Assembly (NCBI GenBank): GCA_034004365.1
Contig: JAVEWV010000009.1
Location: 29,637-93,636, forward strand
DNA: 64,000 nucleotides
Direction of reading: 5' to 3'
DNA from: Phycisphaerales bacterium
GTDB taxonomy: Bacteria; Planctomycetota; Phycisphaerae; Phycisphaerales; UBA1924
Positions 1 through 8,536 of this stretch are shown here, piece by piece; the first letter of the stretch is position 1; every line of letters starts with the position of its first letter. The notes under the pieces were generated by a model. It was not told the origin of the DNA and searched no databases. It worked only from the letters and a program-made list of their open reading frames with translations. The position numbers were made by a program, and so were the translations under genes.

Positions 1-4
1 GGGC

Positions 5-241
5 ATGCTCGCCCGATTCAACACCGCGCCCGACGGCGCGCCCGCCAGCACCTCCCGCGGCACGCGCGTCCTCTACGGGCCCGGGTACATCGCGGAGGTC
101 CCCAGCTTCGGCGATGGCGTGACGCAAGTGATGGTCTCGGTCAACGACGAGGAAACCGCGTGGCCCGTCCTGAGCCGCATGTGCAAGGCCCTCCGCCTGC
201 GCATGACCGACCTCGACACCGGGCAGAGCTTCGGCGGATGA
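5..241 (+). CDS. hypothetical protein, possibly the 3' part of a gene starting left of the window
   Basis: 78-aa ORF with the same G/C third-position bias as the recognisable genes. The frame stays open to nt 2, so the ATG at 5 may be internal. No motif recognised. Confidence 0.4.
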   Translation: MLARFNTAPDGAPASTSRGTRVLYGPGYIAEVPSFGDGVTQVMVSVNDEETAWPVLSRMCKALRLRMTDLDTGQSFGG

Positions 242-289
242 CGCGCGCGGAATGATGAACACCCCGCTCGCCTTGGATGTAGGAATGCC

Positions 290-589
290 ATGCCGACGTA
301 CGTGTACGAGATCCTGAACAAGGCTGGCGAGGGCACGGGCAAGACCTTCGAGCTCGTACAGTCCATGAAGGACGCCCCGCTCACGAAGCACCCCGACACG
401 GGCGAGCCCGTCAGGCGCGTGCCGCAGGCGCCGACGATCGCGGGCAAGTGGTCGGACATGAAGGGCAAGAGCGCGCTGTCGAACAAGAACCTCGAGCGAC
501 TCGGCTTCACCAAGTACGAGAACCGAGGCGGCGTGCTCGAGCGCACCGCGGGCAACCAGGGCCCCAAGACCGTGACGCCGGACGATTGA
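290..589 (+). CDS. FmdB-family-like small protein lacking the zinc-ribbon cysteines
   Basis: MPTYVYE...FELVQSMKDAPLT..P.TGEPVRRV follows the FmdB (CxxC_CxxC_SSSS) pattern MPxYEYxC..CG..FE..Q.M.DAPL..CP.CG..V.R. The 99-aa product contains no Cys at all. Confidence 0.6.
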   Translation: MPTYVYEILNKAGEGTGKTFELVQSMKDAPLTKHPDTGEPVRRVPQAPTIAGKWSDMKGKSALSNKNLERLGFTKYENRGGVLERTAGNQGPKTVTPDD

Positions 590-623
590 TCGAGTGTTCG
601 CCGTGATGCGCCGAGCGTGCGCC

Positions 624-1199
624 CTACTTGTCCTCCCGCCGATCGCTCTCGATTACCGGCAGATCCAGGAACACCGCCACCCGATCCGCGATCGTGCGCA
701 CGCGCGCGTCGCGCCCGTTGCTCGTCTCGTCGAGCACCACCGCCCGGCGCGGCTTACTGATCAGCAGCCTCGCGCGGCACGCATCATGCGAGCTCATTCC
801 CCCGCCGCGTCCGCCCCCGCCCGGATTGCGTTCCGTGTACCGCTCGATCGACACATGCTTGATGCTCTCCAGCGAGAACTCGAAGGGCTTGGGTACGTCA
901 ATGATCGGCGAGCGCGAGTGGTACCGCCCCTTGCCATTGACCTTATCGAGCGAGAGCGACTCGCGCCCGACCGCGAGCGACACGACACCGAACACGAGGA
1001 ACAGGAGCCCGAGCGCCACGCCGAGCGCGGTCATGACCACGCGGAACCCGAAGCCGCTCGTGCGCAGCAGGTGCACGCACACGACCGAGAACACGACGCT
1101 GAACAGCACGCCCAGGAACGTCGCGAAGACGAGCCATCCCACCCCGCCGGGAATGCCGCGGAGGACGAGCGTGTCGCCGGTGTCGTGGGTGATGCGCAT
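624..1199 (-). CDS. hypothetical membrane protein
   Basis: 191-aa ORF. It has two clear hydrophobic helices (GWLVFATFLGVLFSVVFSVVCV, VVMTALGVALGLLFLVFGVVSLAV) followed by a soluble C-terminal domain. Good GC3 bias. The competing plus-strand ORFs are Arg/Pro-rich shadows. Confidence 0.5.
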   Translation of the reverse strand: MRITHDTGDTLVLRGIPGGVGWLVFATFLGVLFSVVFSVVCVHLLRTSGFGFRVVMTALGVALGLLFLVFGVVSLAVGRESLSLDKVNGKGRYHSRSPIIDVPKPFEFSLESIKHVSIERYTERNPGGGGRGGGMSSHDACRARLLISKPRRAVVLDETSNGRDARVRTIADRVAVFLDLPVIESDRREDK

Positions 1200-1271
1200 G
1201 CCTGGTGTGATGTTCGGAAGTGATGGTTCACGGTTGCGAGGAACGAGGCCGACACGAGCGAAGCACGCTCC

Positions 1272-2546
1272 TCACGACCCCGGGCCGTACTGCCCGGGCG
1301 GGGTCGTGTCTTCCATCGGCCTCTGCGGGCGCGCGCCGCCCGCGCCGGGCCCACTTGGCGAGCGGTTCGCCTTCGTTTGAGGCGACGTCAGCGCACGAGC
1401 GCGTGTGATCGCCCGCTTCCCGAACTTCTGCGCAATCGCGTCGCTCGCGGCGTCAATCGCCCGCGAACGCTCGGTTTCCCTCGCCGTAAACAGGCCCTCC
1501 TGCGGCGGCTCGCTCGTGAGGTTCGACGCCTGCACGCCGATCAGGCGAACGGGCTGGAACGACGCGCGTGCCCAGTCGGCGAAGATGCCGCGGGCCGCGG
1601 AGGTGATGTCCGAGGTCGCGCTGGTCGGTTCGCTGAGCGTTCTCGCGCGGGCGATGGTCTCGAAATCCCCGTAACGGATCTTGAGCGAGATGGTGTGCGC
1701 GTATCGCCCGTGCCGACGAAGCCTCCGCGCAACCTGCTCGGACTGGTCAGTGAGGATCGCGCGGATCTCGTCGGGGTCGGTGAGATTCTCGAAGAACGTC
1801 TGCTCGTGGCTGATGGACTTCGCGTCTCGATCGGCGTGCACGGGGCGGTCGTCGATGCCGCGCGCCAGGCGGTGCAGATGCTCGCCGAAGTCGCCGAAGC
1901 GTGCGCGGAGCGTTTCGAGCGGGAGCGCGCGCAGGTCCGCGATCGTGCGCACGCCGAAGCGTGCGAGCGATTGCTCCGCCGCGGGCCCGACGCCCCAGAT
2001 CCGTCCCACGGGCAGCGGATCGAGCGTCGCCTGGATCGTGTCCTCCGTGATGACGACGAGCGCGTCGGGCTTGCGCAGATCGCTCGCGAGCTTCGCGAGG
2101 AACTTGTTGGGCGCGACGCCGACCGAGCACGTCAGCCCCGTCCTCGCGCGCACCATCTCGCGGATGCGCTTCGCCACCTCCGGCGCGGGCCCGAGCAACC
2201 GCTCGCTGCCCGTCAGGTCGACGAACGCCTCGTCGATCGACACGGGCTGCACCAATGGCGAGAAGCCGTGCAGGATGTCGAATACCTGGTGCGAGAGTTC
2301 GCCGTAGCGATCGCCCCGCGGCTTGCGCAGCACCGCGTGCGGGCACAGCCGCACAGCGACCGCGGTGGGCATCGCGCTCTTGCAGCCGAACGCCCGGGCC
2401 TCGTACGACGCCGCGGCAATGACGCCCCTGCGCGACGTCCCGCCGACGAGCACGGGCTTCCCGCGCAGTTCCGGAAAGTCGAGCTGCTCAACCGACGCGA
2501 AGAACGCGTCGAGATCCACATGAAGGATGGCGCGGTGGGTGCTCAC
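1272..2546 (-). CDS. dinB: DNA polymerase IV (Y-family translesion polymerase)
   Basis: N-terminal ILHVDLDAFFASVEQ and downstream VSIDEAFVDLTG are the Y-family catalytic Asp/Glu motifs. Little-finger region with PVGRIWGVGP. Confidence 0.9.
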   Translation of the reverse strand: MSTHRAILHVDLDAFFASVEQLDFPELRGKPVLVGGTSRRGVIAAASYEARAFGCKSAMPTAVAVRLCPHAVLRKPRGDRYGELSHQVFDILHGFSPLVQPVSIDEAFVDLTGSERLLGPAPEVAKRIREMVRARTGLTCSVGVAPNKFLAKLASDLRKPDALVVITEDTIQATLDPLPVGRIWGVGPAAEQSLARFGVRTIADLRALPLETLRARFGDFGEHLHRLARGIDDRPVHADRDAKSISHEQTFFENLTDPDEIRAILTDQSEQVARRLRRHGRYAHTISLKIRYGDFETIARARTLSEPTSATSDITSAARGIFADWARASFQPVRLIGVQASNLTSEPPQEGLFTARETERSRAIDAASDAIAQKFGKRAITRARALTSPQTKANRSPSGPGAGGARPQRPMEDTTPPGQYGPGS

Positions 2547-2582
2547 GCGCCGTGCTCCCTCGGGCGACGCGCGTCGGCTCGA

Positions 2583-2837
2583 CTACTTCTTGCCGACGGC
2601 GGTGTCGTACTCATCCTTCTTGATCTTGGAAACCTCGGAGTTCTGGACGGTCACGGTGCTCCCCGACTTGGCGTCCTTGAACTCGATGGCCCCGCCGGCC
2701 TTGTGCCCGATGCTCGTGGTGTAGTACTGCTTGCCGGAATCCGGATCGGACACCCGGTAGTACGACGAGCACCCCGCCAGGGCCAGCAGGATCGAGGAAG
2801 CGGCGACGATGCGAACCCGGCTCGCGACACGGCTCAT
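2583..2837 (-). CDS. small lipoprotein
   Basis: 84 aa. Signal peptide ending in the lipobox LLALAGC|SS. Lys-rich mature part. Confidence 0.6.
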   Translation of the reverse strand: MSRVASRVRIVAASSILLALAGCSSYYRVSDPDSGKQYYTTSIGHKAGGAIEFKDAKSGSTVTVQNSEVSKIKKDEYDTAVGKK

Positions 2838-2944
2838 GTGGTGCTCCTGTCAGTCGTTCCCGGCATGCGACGACGGACCAAACCCGATCATCCGCCAGAC
2901 AAAACTGTATCTCGCCGACAGGCCCGACGCAAGCGCCCCGCGAC

Positions 2945-3925
2945 CTATCGCGGAAACACGAGCGTGATGTTCAGCCGCAGACCCCAGTCGGGCGCGCCGT
3001 CCGGCGCCGCGACGTACTGGCGATACCCCAGCGAGAAACTCACCGTCTGGTCACCGATGCGCACAACCTTCGATCCCATCAGGTTGATCGGCACCGTCCA
3101 TTCCTCCGCCTCCCAGTCGTACGTCGTCTCGGTGTTGATCGTCGCGCTCCAGCCGTCGCCAATGTTGTACGACGCGAACGGCTGCAGGAACGTCGCGTTG
3201 ATCCTCGGGCGATCCACGTCGAACGAGTCGTAGTCCTGCGTCTCGCCGATCGACCAGATGTGGTTCGCGAGCATGCCGTAGGTCCACTTGCCATCCGCAA
3301 CGAGCGCGACCGCGGTGGGCCCGAGGCCCCACTGGTCGGCGCCGAGGACGTCGTCCGTCGCGGTCGGGATGTACACCACCGGGCCCACGCCCCACGTGAG
3401 CTTTGAGTTGGTCTTGGGCGACAGGAACAGCGATTGCACCGTGTCGCCCAGCCCGAACGTGTCATCGCTCGTGAACGCCGACGCATCCGCGTTCTGATAA
3501 ATGACCGGCAGGATGGTCCGGCTGATGCCGAGCCACTCGTCGCTGATGTCGAACGGGATCACGGGCTGGATGTTGAGCGTCGTGCGCACGCCGTCGCCGT
3601 CACTCCCGGAGCCAAAGTCAGTATTGAACTGCAACGGCACGCTGATGAGGTTCGCGATGGGGTTCGCGAGCGCCTTGGCGATGTCGTCCGCGGAACGCTG
3701 CGGCGCAGCCTGCGCCCCGCCAGCGTCCGCCGCCTTCGCGTCGGGGCCGGACTCCTGCGTCTTCGTCGCTTCGGGTTGCAGGAAGGGTCGCGGGCCCTCA
3801 AGGCGGATGGGAGCGTCCGCCCGGGCGAAGCCCATGCCCCCCGCGTCATTCGCCTCCTGTGCGAAGCACGCCGCACCCGCCGCGGCGATCGTGATCCATG
3901 CGAGTCGGTGCGTCAGGCGCATCAC
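2945..3925 (-). CDS. putative outer-membrane beta-barrel protein (transporter / MetA-pathway-like family)
   Basis: Signal peptide (LAWITIAAAGAACFAQEA) and an alternating beta-strand pattern through to the C-terminus (LRLNITLVFPR). The family call is from memory of similar barrels, not from a search. Confidence 0.55.
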   Translation of the reverse strand: MMRLTHRLAWITIAAAGAACFAQEANDAGGMGFARADAPIRLEGPRPFLQPEATKTQESGPDAKAADAGGAQAAPQRSADDIAKALANPIANLISVPLQFNTDFGSGSDGDGVRTTLNIQPVIPFDISDEWLGISRTILPVIYQNADASAFTSDDTFGLGDTVQSLFLSPKTNSKLTWGVGPVVYIPTATDDVLGADQWGLGPTAVALVADGKWTYGMLANHIWSIGETQDYDSFDVDRPRINATFLQPFASYNIGDGWSATINTETTYDWEAEEWTVPINLMGSKVVRIGDQTVSFSLGYRQYVAAPDGAPDWGLRLNITLVFPR

Positions 3926-3980
3926 GAGGTCCTCCCTCGCACGAGTCTACCGGAGAATCACCGGCACGATCGGCAGAGAT

Positions 3981-5663
3981 TCATCCCCGCGCGTCCTTCT
4001 GCGCCGACGCCTTCGCTGTCGCCGACGGGTCGATGTGCTCGCCCGCGTCCGCCGGCAGCGTGATCGTGAACGTCGTGCCCACGCCCTCGTTCGATTCGAC
4101 CGCGATCCGCCCGCGATGCTCCTCCACCAGCCGCTTCGTCACCGCGAGCCCGAGGCCCGTGCCGCGCTGGCCCTTGGTCGTCCGGAACGGCTCGAAGATC
4201 CACCGCGCACGGTCCGGCGGGATGCCCGGCCCGTTGTCGATCACGCGGATCTCCGCGTACGTCGGCCCCTGCCCGAGCAGCGGGTCCGTCGTGCGATACA
4301 GCGTGCGCACCGTCACGATCCCGCCCTCGGGCACCGCCTCGACCGCGTTCGTCAGAAGGTTCATGAGCGCCTGGTGGATCATCCCCGCGTCGATCGGGAT
4401 CGGCGGCATCTCTGGATCAAGGTCCAGCACGAGCGCAAGGTTCCGCCTCGCGCACAGCGACTCGAGCAACTGCGCACAGTCCTCCACGATCAATCCCAGC
4501 GGCGAGAGCTCCAGCTCGATCGCCGCCGGCCGGCTGAACGCCAGCATGTTCATCGTGAGCGACACGATCCGATCGAGGTTCCGCCTGAGGATGTCCCACC
4601 CGCCGCGCGCGATCTTCAGGTCCTCGCGCTTCAGGCCCATGTCCACCACATCCGCGCCCCCGCGCAGCCCCTGAAGGATGTTCTTGATCGAGTGCGACAA
4701 GACCGCGATCGTCTCGCCCACCGCGGCCAGCCGCTCCGCGTGCAGCTTGTCGGCGTACAGCTCGTTGTTCGCGAGTGCCAGCCCGGTGTGCATCGCGACC
4801 GCGTTCATGAGCGCGAGCTGCTCCGCCGTGAACGTGTAGTTAGCGATCGAGGAATCGATGTAGATCGCGCCGAACGTCCGCTCGCGGAACTTGATGGGCG
4901 AGCAGATCGCGCTGCGGATCGACATCCGCTGCACGCTGTCGCCCGACGCGAACCGCGGATCGCTCATCGCGTTGGTCGACAGCACGCCCTCGCCCTGACG
5001 CATCGCGTGCTGGATGATCGTGCGCGACACGCCGATCGACGCGTCGTCGGTCTCGCGAGGCGGCGTCTTGTGCTGCGCCACCACGGGCTCGAGCTCCCCC
5101 GCGCTGTTCCGCAGAACGATCACGCCCCGCTCCGGACGGAACTCCGCGAACACCAGCTCCATCACGCTCCGCAGGAGCGCGTCCCGCTCGTTGAACTTGC
5201 TCGTCGTGAGCTGCGTGAGCTGGTAGATGATCCGCAGATGCTCCAGCGCCGCGGCCCGCGGCTCGGGCTCCGCGAGGATCATGCTGTCGTCGTTGCTCGG
5301 GATCGTCCGCTCGATCTCGCTCTCGATCTCGCCCGGACGCAGCAGCCGCACCGGCGGCAGGTCCCGCACGTGCCCCGGAGCGCCGAACACGAACACCGTC
5401 GCCCCCACCCGCACCTGGTCGCCCGGCTGCAGCTCCACGCGATGCCGGATCGGCGCACCGTTCACGTACGTCCCGTTCTGAGACTCCAGGTCACGCAGGA
5501 ACCACCGCCCGGCATCCGGCGTCAGCTCCGCGTGCCGGCGCGAGATCGTCTGGTCCGTGAACGGGAGCGCCTCGGTCGAGCGCCCGATGAGCTGCGGCTC
5601 GCCCTCGGGCAGCGGGAACACCCGCCCGGAATCGGAGCCCTGGATGACGGTGAGGGTGTGCAT
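3981..5663 (-). CDS. FHA-GAF sensor histidine kinase
   Basis: Start chosen at MHTLTVIQGSD (ATG complement at 5661-5663). FHA signature: GRS....I.D..ISRRHAEL....WFLRDLESQNGTYVNG. GAF-like middle region. H-box LSHSIKN, N-box NLLTNAVEA, G1 DNGPGI, G2 GTGLGL. The 971-aa track ORF extends over holA on the other strand, so I trimmed it. Confidence 0.85.
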   Translation of the reverse strand: MHTLTVIQGSDSGRVFPLPEGEPQLIGRSTEALPFTDQTISRRHAELTPDAGRWFLRDLESQNGTYVNGAPIRHRVELQPGDQVRVGATVFVFGAPGHVRDLPPVRLLRPGEIESEIERTIPSNDDSMILAEPEPRAAALEHLRIIYQLTQLTTSKFNERDALLRSVMELVFAEFRPERGVIVLRNSAGELEPVVAQHKTPPRETDDASIGVSRTIIQHAMRQGEGVLSTNAMSDPRFASGDSVQRMSIRSAICSPIKFRERTFGAIYIDSSIANYTFTAEQLALMNAVAMHTGLALANNELYADKLHAERLAAVGETIAVLSHSIKNILQGLRGGADVVDMGLKREDLKIARGGWDILRRNLDRIVSLTMNMLAFSRPAAIELELSPLGLIVEDCAQLLESLCARRNLALVLDLDPEMPPIPIDAGMIHQALMNLLTNAVEAVPEGGIVTVRTLYRTTDPLLGQGPTYAEIRVIDNGPGIPPDRARWIFEPFRTTKGQRGTGLGLAVTKRLVEEHRGRIAVESNEGVGTTFTITLPADAGEHIDPSATAKASAQKDARG

Positions 5664-5741
5664 GCGCGCTCGGGCGGGTCGTCCGCCTTGCAAGGGTACA
5701 GGCCCCGCGGCGCACCGGTTCCCGCGGGATAAACTCGCCGC

Positions 5742-6794
5742 ATGGCCCGCCGCGAAGCCGCCAGCCCGTTCCCCGCCATGCACGCGGGCATGCGCGTCGT
5801 GCTCCTCCACGGCAAGGACGCCCTGCTCCGACAGCTCCTCACCGAGCAGCTCGTCGAGGCCCTCAAGGCCGAGCACGGCGAGATCCAGCGGGCGTCCTTC
5901 CTCGGCGGGCAGTGCACCCTCGCCGACGTGCTTGATGAGTGCCGCAGCTTCGGCCTGCTCGCCGAGCACAAGCTCATCGTCATAGACGACGCCGACCAGC
6001 TCGTCCGCGAGGACACCCGCCCCGCGCTCGAGCGCTACGCCGCCTCGCCCTCCGACGGCGCCACGCTCGTGCTCCGCGCCGAACGCTGGTACCCCGGCAA
6101 CCTCGACAAGGCGATCGCCAAGGCTGGCCTCGCGCACAAGTGCGACGCGCTCGACGAGGCGACCGCCGCCATGTGGGCGACCAAACGCTGTGAGAAGCGC
6201 CACGGGGCGCCCATCGACCGGCGCGCCGCGGCGATGCTCGTCGATCGCGTGGGCACCGACCTCGCCACCCTCGATTCGGAGCTCGCCCGCCTCGCGGCCC
6301 ACGCCCTCTCCGCGAGCGGAACCGTCACGCCCGAGGCTGTCGCCGAGCTCGTCGGCGCACGACGCGAGGAAGAGGTCTGGGGCGTGCAGGAAACACTGCT
6401 CCGCGCGGGCATGGCGGGCGACGCCGACGCGGCCCTCGCCCACCTCCGCCGCCTCATCGACGTCTCGCGCCAGCCGCCCACACTCATCCAGTTCGCCCTG
6501 ACCGACCTCGCCCGAAAGATGCACCACCTCGCCGTCGGGCAGGCCCAGGGACAGAACGCGTTCTCCCTCGCCGGCAAACTCCGCATCTGGCCCCGCGAGC
6601 GAGCCGCGGCGATGGGCGAGGCCGCCGGTCGCGCTGGCCCCCGCGCCACCGCCGACCTCCTGCACGCCTGCGTCGATGCCGACCGGCGCATGAAGAGCGG
6701 CCTGGGCAGCGACGAGCGCACCCTCGAGCGTGAAACCGTGCTCTTCGTCCGCACCCTTTCCGGGGTGGGGACGCGGGGCGGCGCGGGTCGATAA
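5742..6794 (+). CDS. holA: DNA polymerase III delta subunit
   Basis: VVLLHGKDALLRQ... then ...KLIVIDDADQL and ...TLVL.AE, the typical HolA clamp-loader delta N-terminal pattern. The start may be one of the internal Met (5778 or 5790). Confidence 0.7.
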   Translation: MARREAASPFPAMHAGMRVVLLHGKDALLRQLLTEQLVEALKAEHGEIQRASFLGGQCTLADVLDECRSFGLLAEHKLIVIDDADQLVREDTRPALERYAASPSDGATLVLRAERWYPGNLDKAIAKAGLAHKCDALDEATAAMWATKRCEKRHGAPIDRRAAAMLVDRVGTDLATLDSELARLAAHALSASGTVTPEAVAELVGARREEEVWGVQETLLRAGMAGDADAALAHLRRLIDVSRQPPTLIQFALTDLARKMHHLAVGQAQGQNAFSLAGKLRIWPRERAAAMGEAAGRAGPRATADLLHACVDADRRMKSGLGSDERTLERETVLFVRTLSGVGTRGGAGR

Positions 6795-6860
6795 ACCCGG
6801 AAGAGACTCGCCGGGGATCGGCGGGGCCAACGACATTCCCGCGGAGCAGGAGGCGACGCG

Positions 6861-8147
6861 ATGGAACGACACGACGCACGCTCGATCACGACGCACGCCC
6901 CGCCCTACCCATCACCGAGGGCCCTCGCCGCGGGTGCGCTCGCGGGATGCCTCGCCCTGCACCTCGCCGGGTGCATGACCGGCCCCGACGCCCAATCCAA
7001 TGACGGGCCCTCCGCCGGGCTCAACGCCCTCATGAGCGAGGACGGCGGGGGCATCCGCGCCACCGACGTCGACACGCCCGCACCCGACGATTCCGCCGCG
7101 GCGGCCCTCGCGCAAGCCGCCGAGGAGTCCGCCCGACTCGTCGAGCAGTACCTCGCCAGCCAGCGCGCAGAAGGCACGAGCGATGCCCCCGACGCGACCG
7201 CCTCGAACAACGCGTCGCCGGGCGGGAGCCGGATCGTCGCGCCCACCACAACCGATCCCGCGCCCATCCAGACCGACATCGCCGCGAATCCCGAAGCGAC
7301 CCTCGCGAACGCCCCGGTATCTGTGAACGCCGCGCCCGATCCCGAGATGGAACGCCGCGAGGCGATCGCGCTGCTCGCGCGCGAGCTCTCCGTCGGTGTC
7401 GCCGCGGGCGACGCGCCCTTCCGCAGCGCGCTGGGCCTCCTCGGGCTCGACGAGATCGAGCCCGGCACGGGCTGGTCGACCCTGGCGAGCGCTCTTTCGG
7501 GCGAGCTCGCGCCGGGCGAACGCCGGACCATCGAGTCGCTGCGTGATCTCCTCACCCGCGTCGCGCACCCGAATTCCGCTGGAATTTCCGGCATTTCTGG
7601 TGTTCCGGGCGATCCCGCCGCGCTCGCCGACGCGTACGCCACGGAGCTGGAGAAGCTCGCCTCGGCGCTCCCGGTGCGGATCGTGCGCGCAGAGCTATGC
7701 ACGCGCGTCGAGGGCTTCGGACAGTTCGAGCCGATCGCGTCGCGTCGCCTCATCGCCGGACGCCCACACCGCATGATCGTGTATGTCGAGGTCGATCGCT
7801 TCGCGCACCGCGCGATCGACGATTCCTCCGCAGGCCGCAGCCTCGCGGCACAATCCAGCCAATCCACGGGCGACATGTACGAGGTGGAACTGACGCAGGA
7901 GCTCCGCCTGCAGCACGACGTTGACGGCGCGCTGGCGATGATGCGCCCCGCGGAGCGCGTGCGCGAATCGCTCCGGAGCGTGCGCCGCGATTTCTACGTC
8001 GTGCAGGAGATCGAGCTGCCCGCGACGCTCGCCACGGGCGGGTACACCCTCCGCGTGCGGATGCGCGACGCGGTGGGGGGGACCACCGCCGAGGCGGCGA
8101 TCGGGATCACGCTCGTCGCCGACGCGGCGACCGCCCGGGCGGAATGA
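6861..8147 (+). CDS. hypothetical lipoprotein
   Basis: 428 aa. N-terminus has the lipobox-like LALHLAGC|MTG. Then a long Ala/Pro/Asp-rich linker and a C-terminal beta-rich domain. No family recognised. Confidence 0.5.
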   Translation: MERHDARSITTHAPPYPSPRALAAGALAGCLALHLAGCMTGPDAQSNDGPSAGLNALMSEDGGGIRATDVDTPAPDDSAAAALAQAAEESARLVEQYLASQRAEGTSDAPDATASNNASPGGSRIVAPTTTDPAPIQTDIAANPEATLANAPVSVNAAPDPEMERREAIALLARELSVGVAAGDAPFRSALGLLGLDEIEPGTGWSTLASALSGELAPGERRTIESLRDLLTRVAHPNSAGISGISGVPGDPAALADAYATELEKLASALPVRIVRAELCTRVEGFGQFEPIASRRLIAGRPHRMIVYVEVDRFAHRAIDDSSAGRSLAAQSSQSTGDMYEVELTQELRLQHDVDGALAMMRPAERVRESLRSVRRDFYVVQEIELPATLATGGYTLRVRMRDAVGGTTAEAAIGITLVADAATARAE

Positions 8148-8319
8148 GCCCGCGCCGTCCGGTCGGCTTGACCACAATGGTGCCCGGGCCTGCCAGATCG
8201 GCGTGCGTCGGCCAATCTGCGCGTTCTGTATCGCCCATACCGGCGGCGAATCTATGCCCTATTTAGGTGGTTCACTGCCCCCTTTCGGCCCCTGCGCGCG
8301 AACCCGAGCTTCGGGCAAC

Positions 8320-8335
8320 TGGCACACCGTGTGCA
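8320..8335 (+). promoter_or_regulatory. candidate sigma-54 (-24/-12) promoter element upstream of clpC
   Basis: TGGCACaccgtGTGCA. The GG and GC are at the canonical spacing of TGGCAC-N5-TTGC, with one mismatch in the -12 element. It lies about 200 nt upstream of the clpC ATG, and rpoN is encoded in this window. Confidence 0.25.
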
Positions 8336-8536
8336 ACCGATAGAGCATCACCGGGCCCACGATGCGTCTCCCACGGTTTGGGGAGGGTCCGCGGGCCCAC
8401 GGGCACCCGCAGGGGGGCCCGGGCGGGTTGGTTGGAGGATGTGCGGCACGGTCCGGGACTCTGCCGCATCAGAAGGGGTGCGTTCGTCGAACGCATAGTG
8501 AGCGGGGCGCAAGGTGTCGCCCCGAGGAGAAGTGCG

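Noticed and set aside
5664-6896. N-terminal 411-aa extension of the 971-aa track ORF (3981-6896, minus strand).
   Set aside because: The extension runs antisense over the whole holA gene and has shadow-like composition. The FHA domain begins right after the internal Met at 5663.
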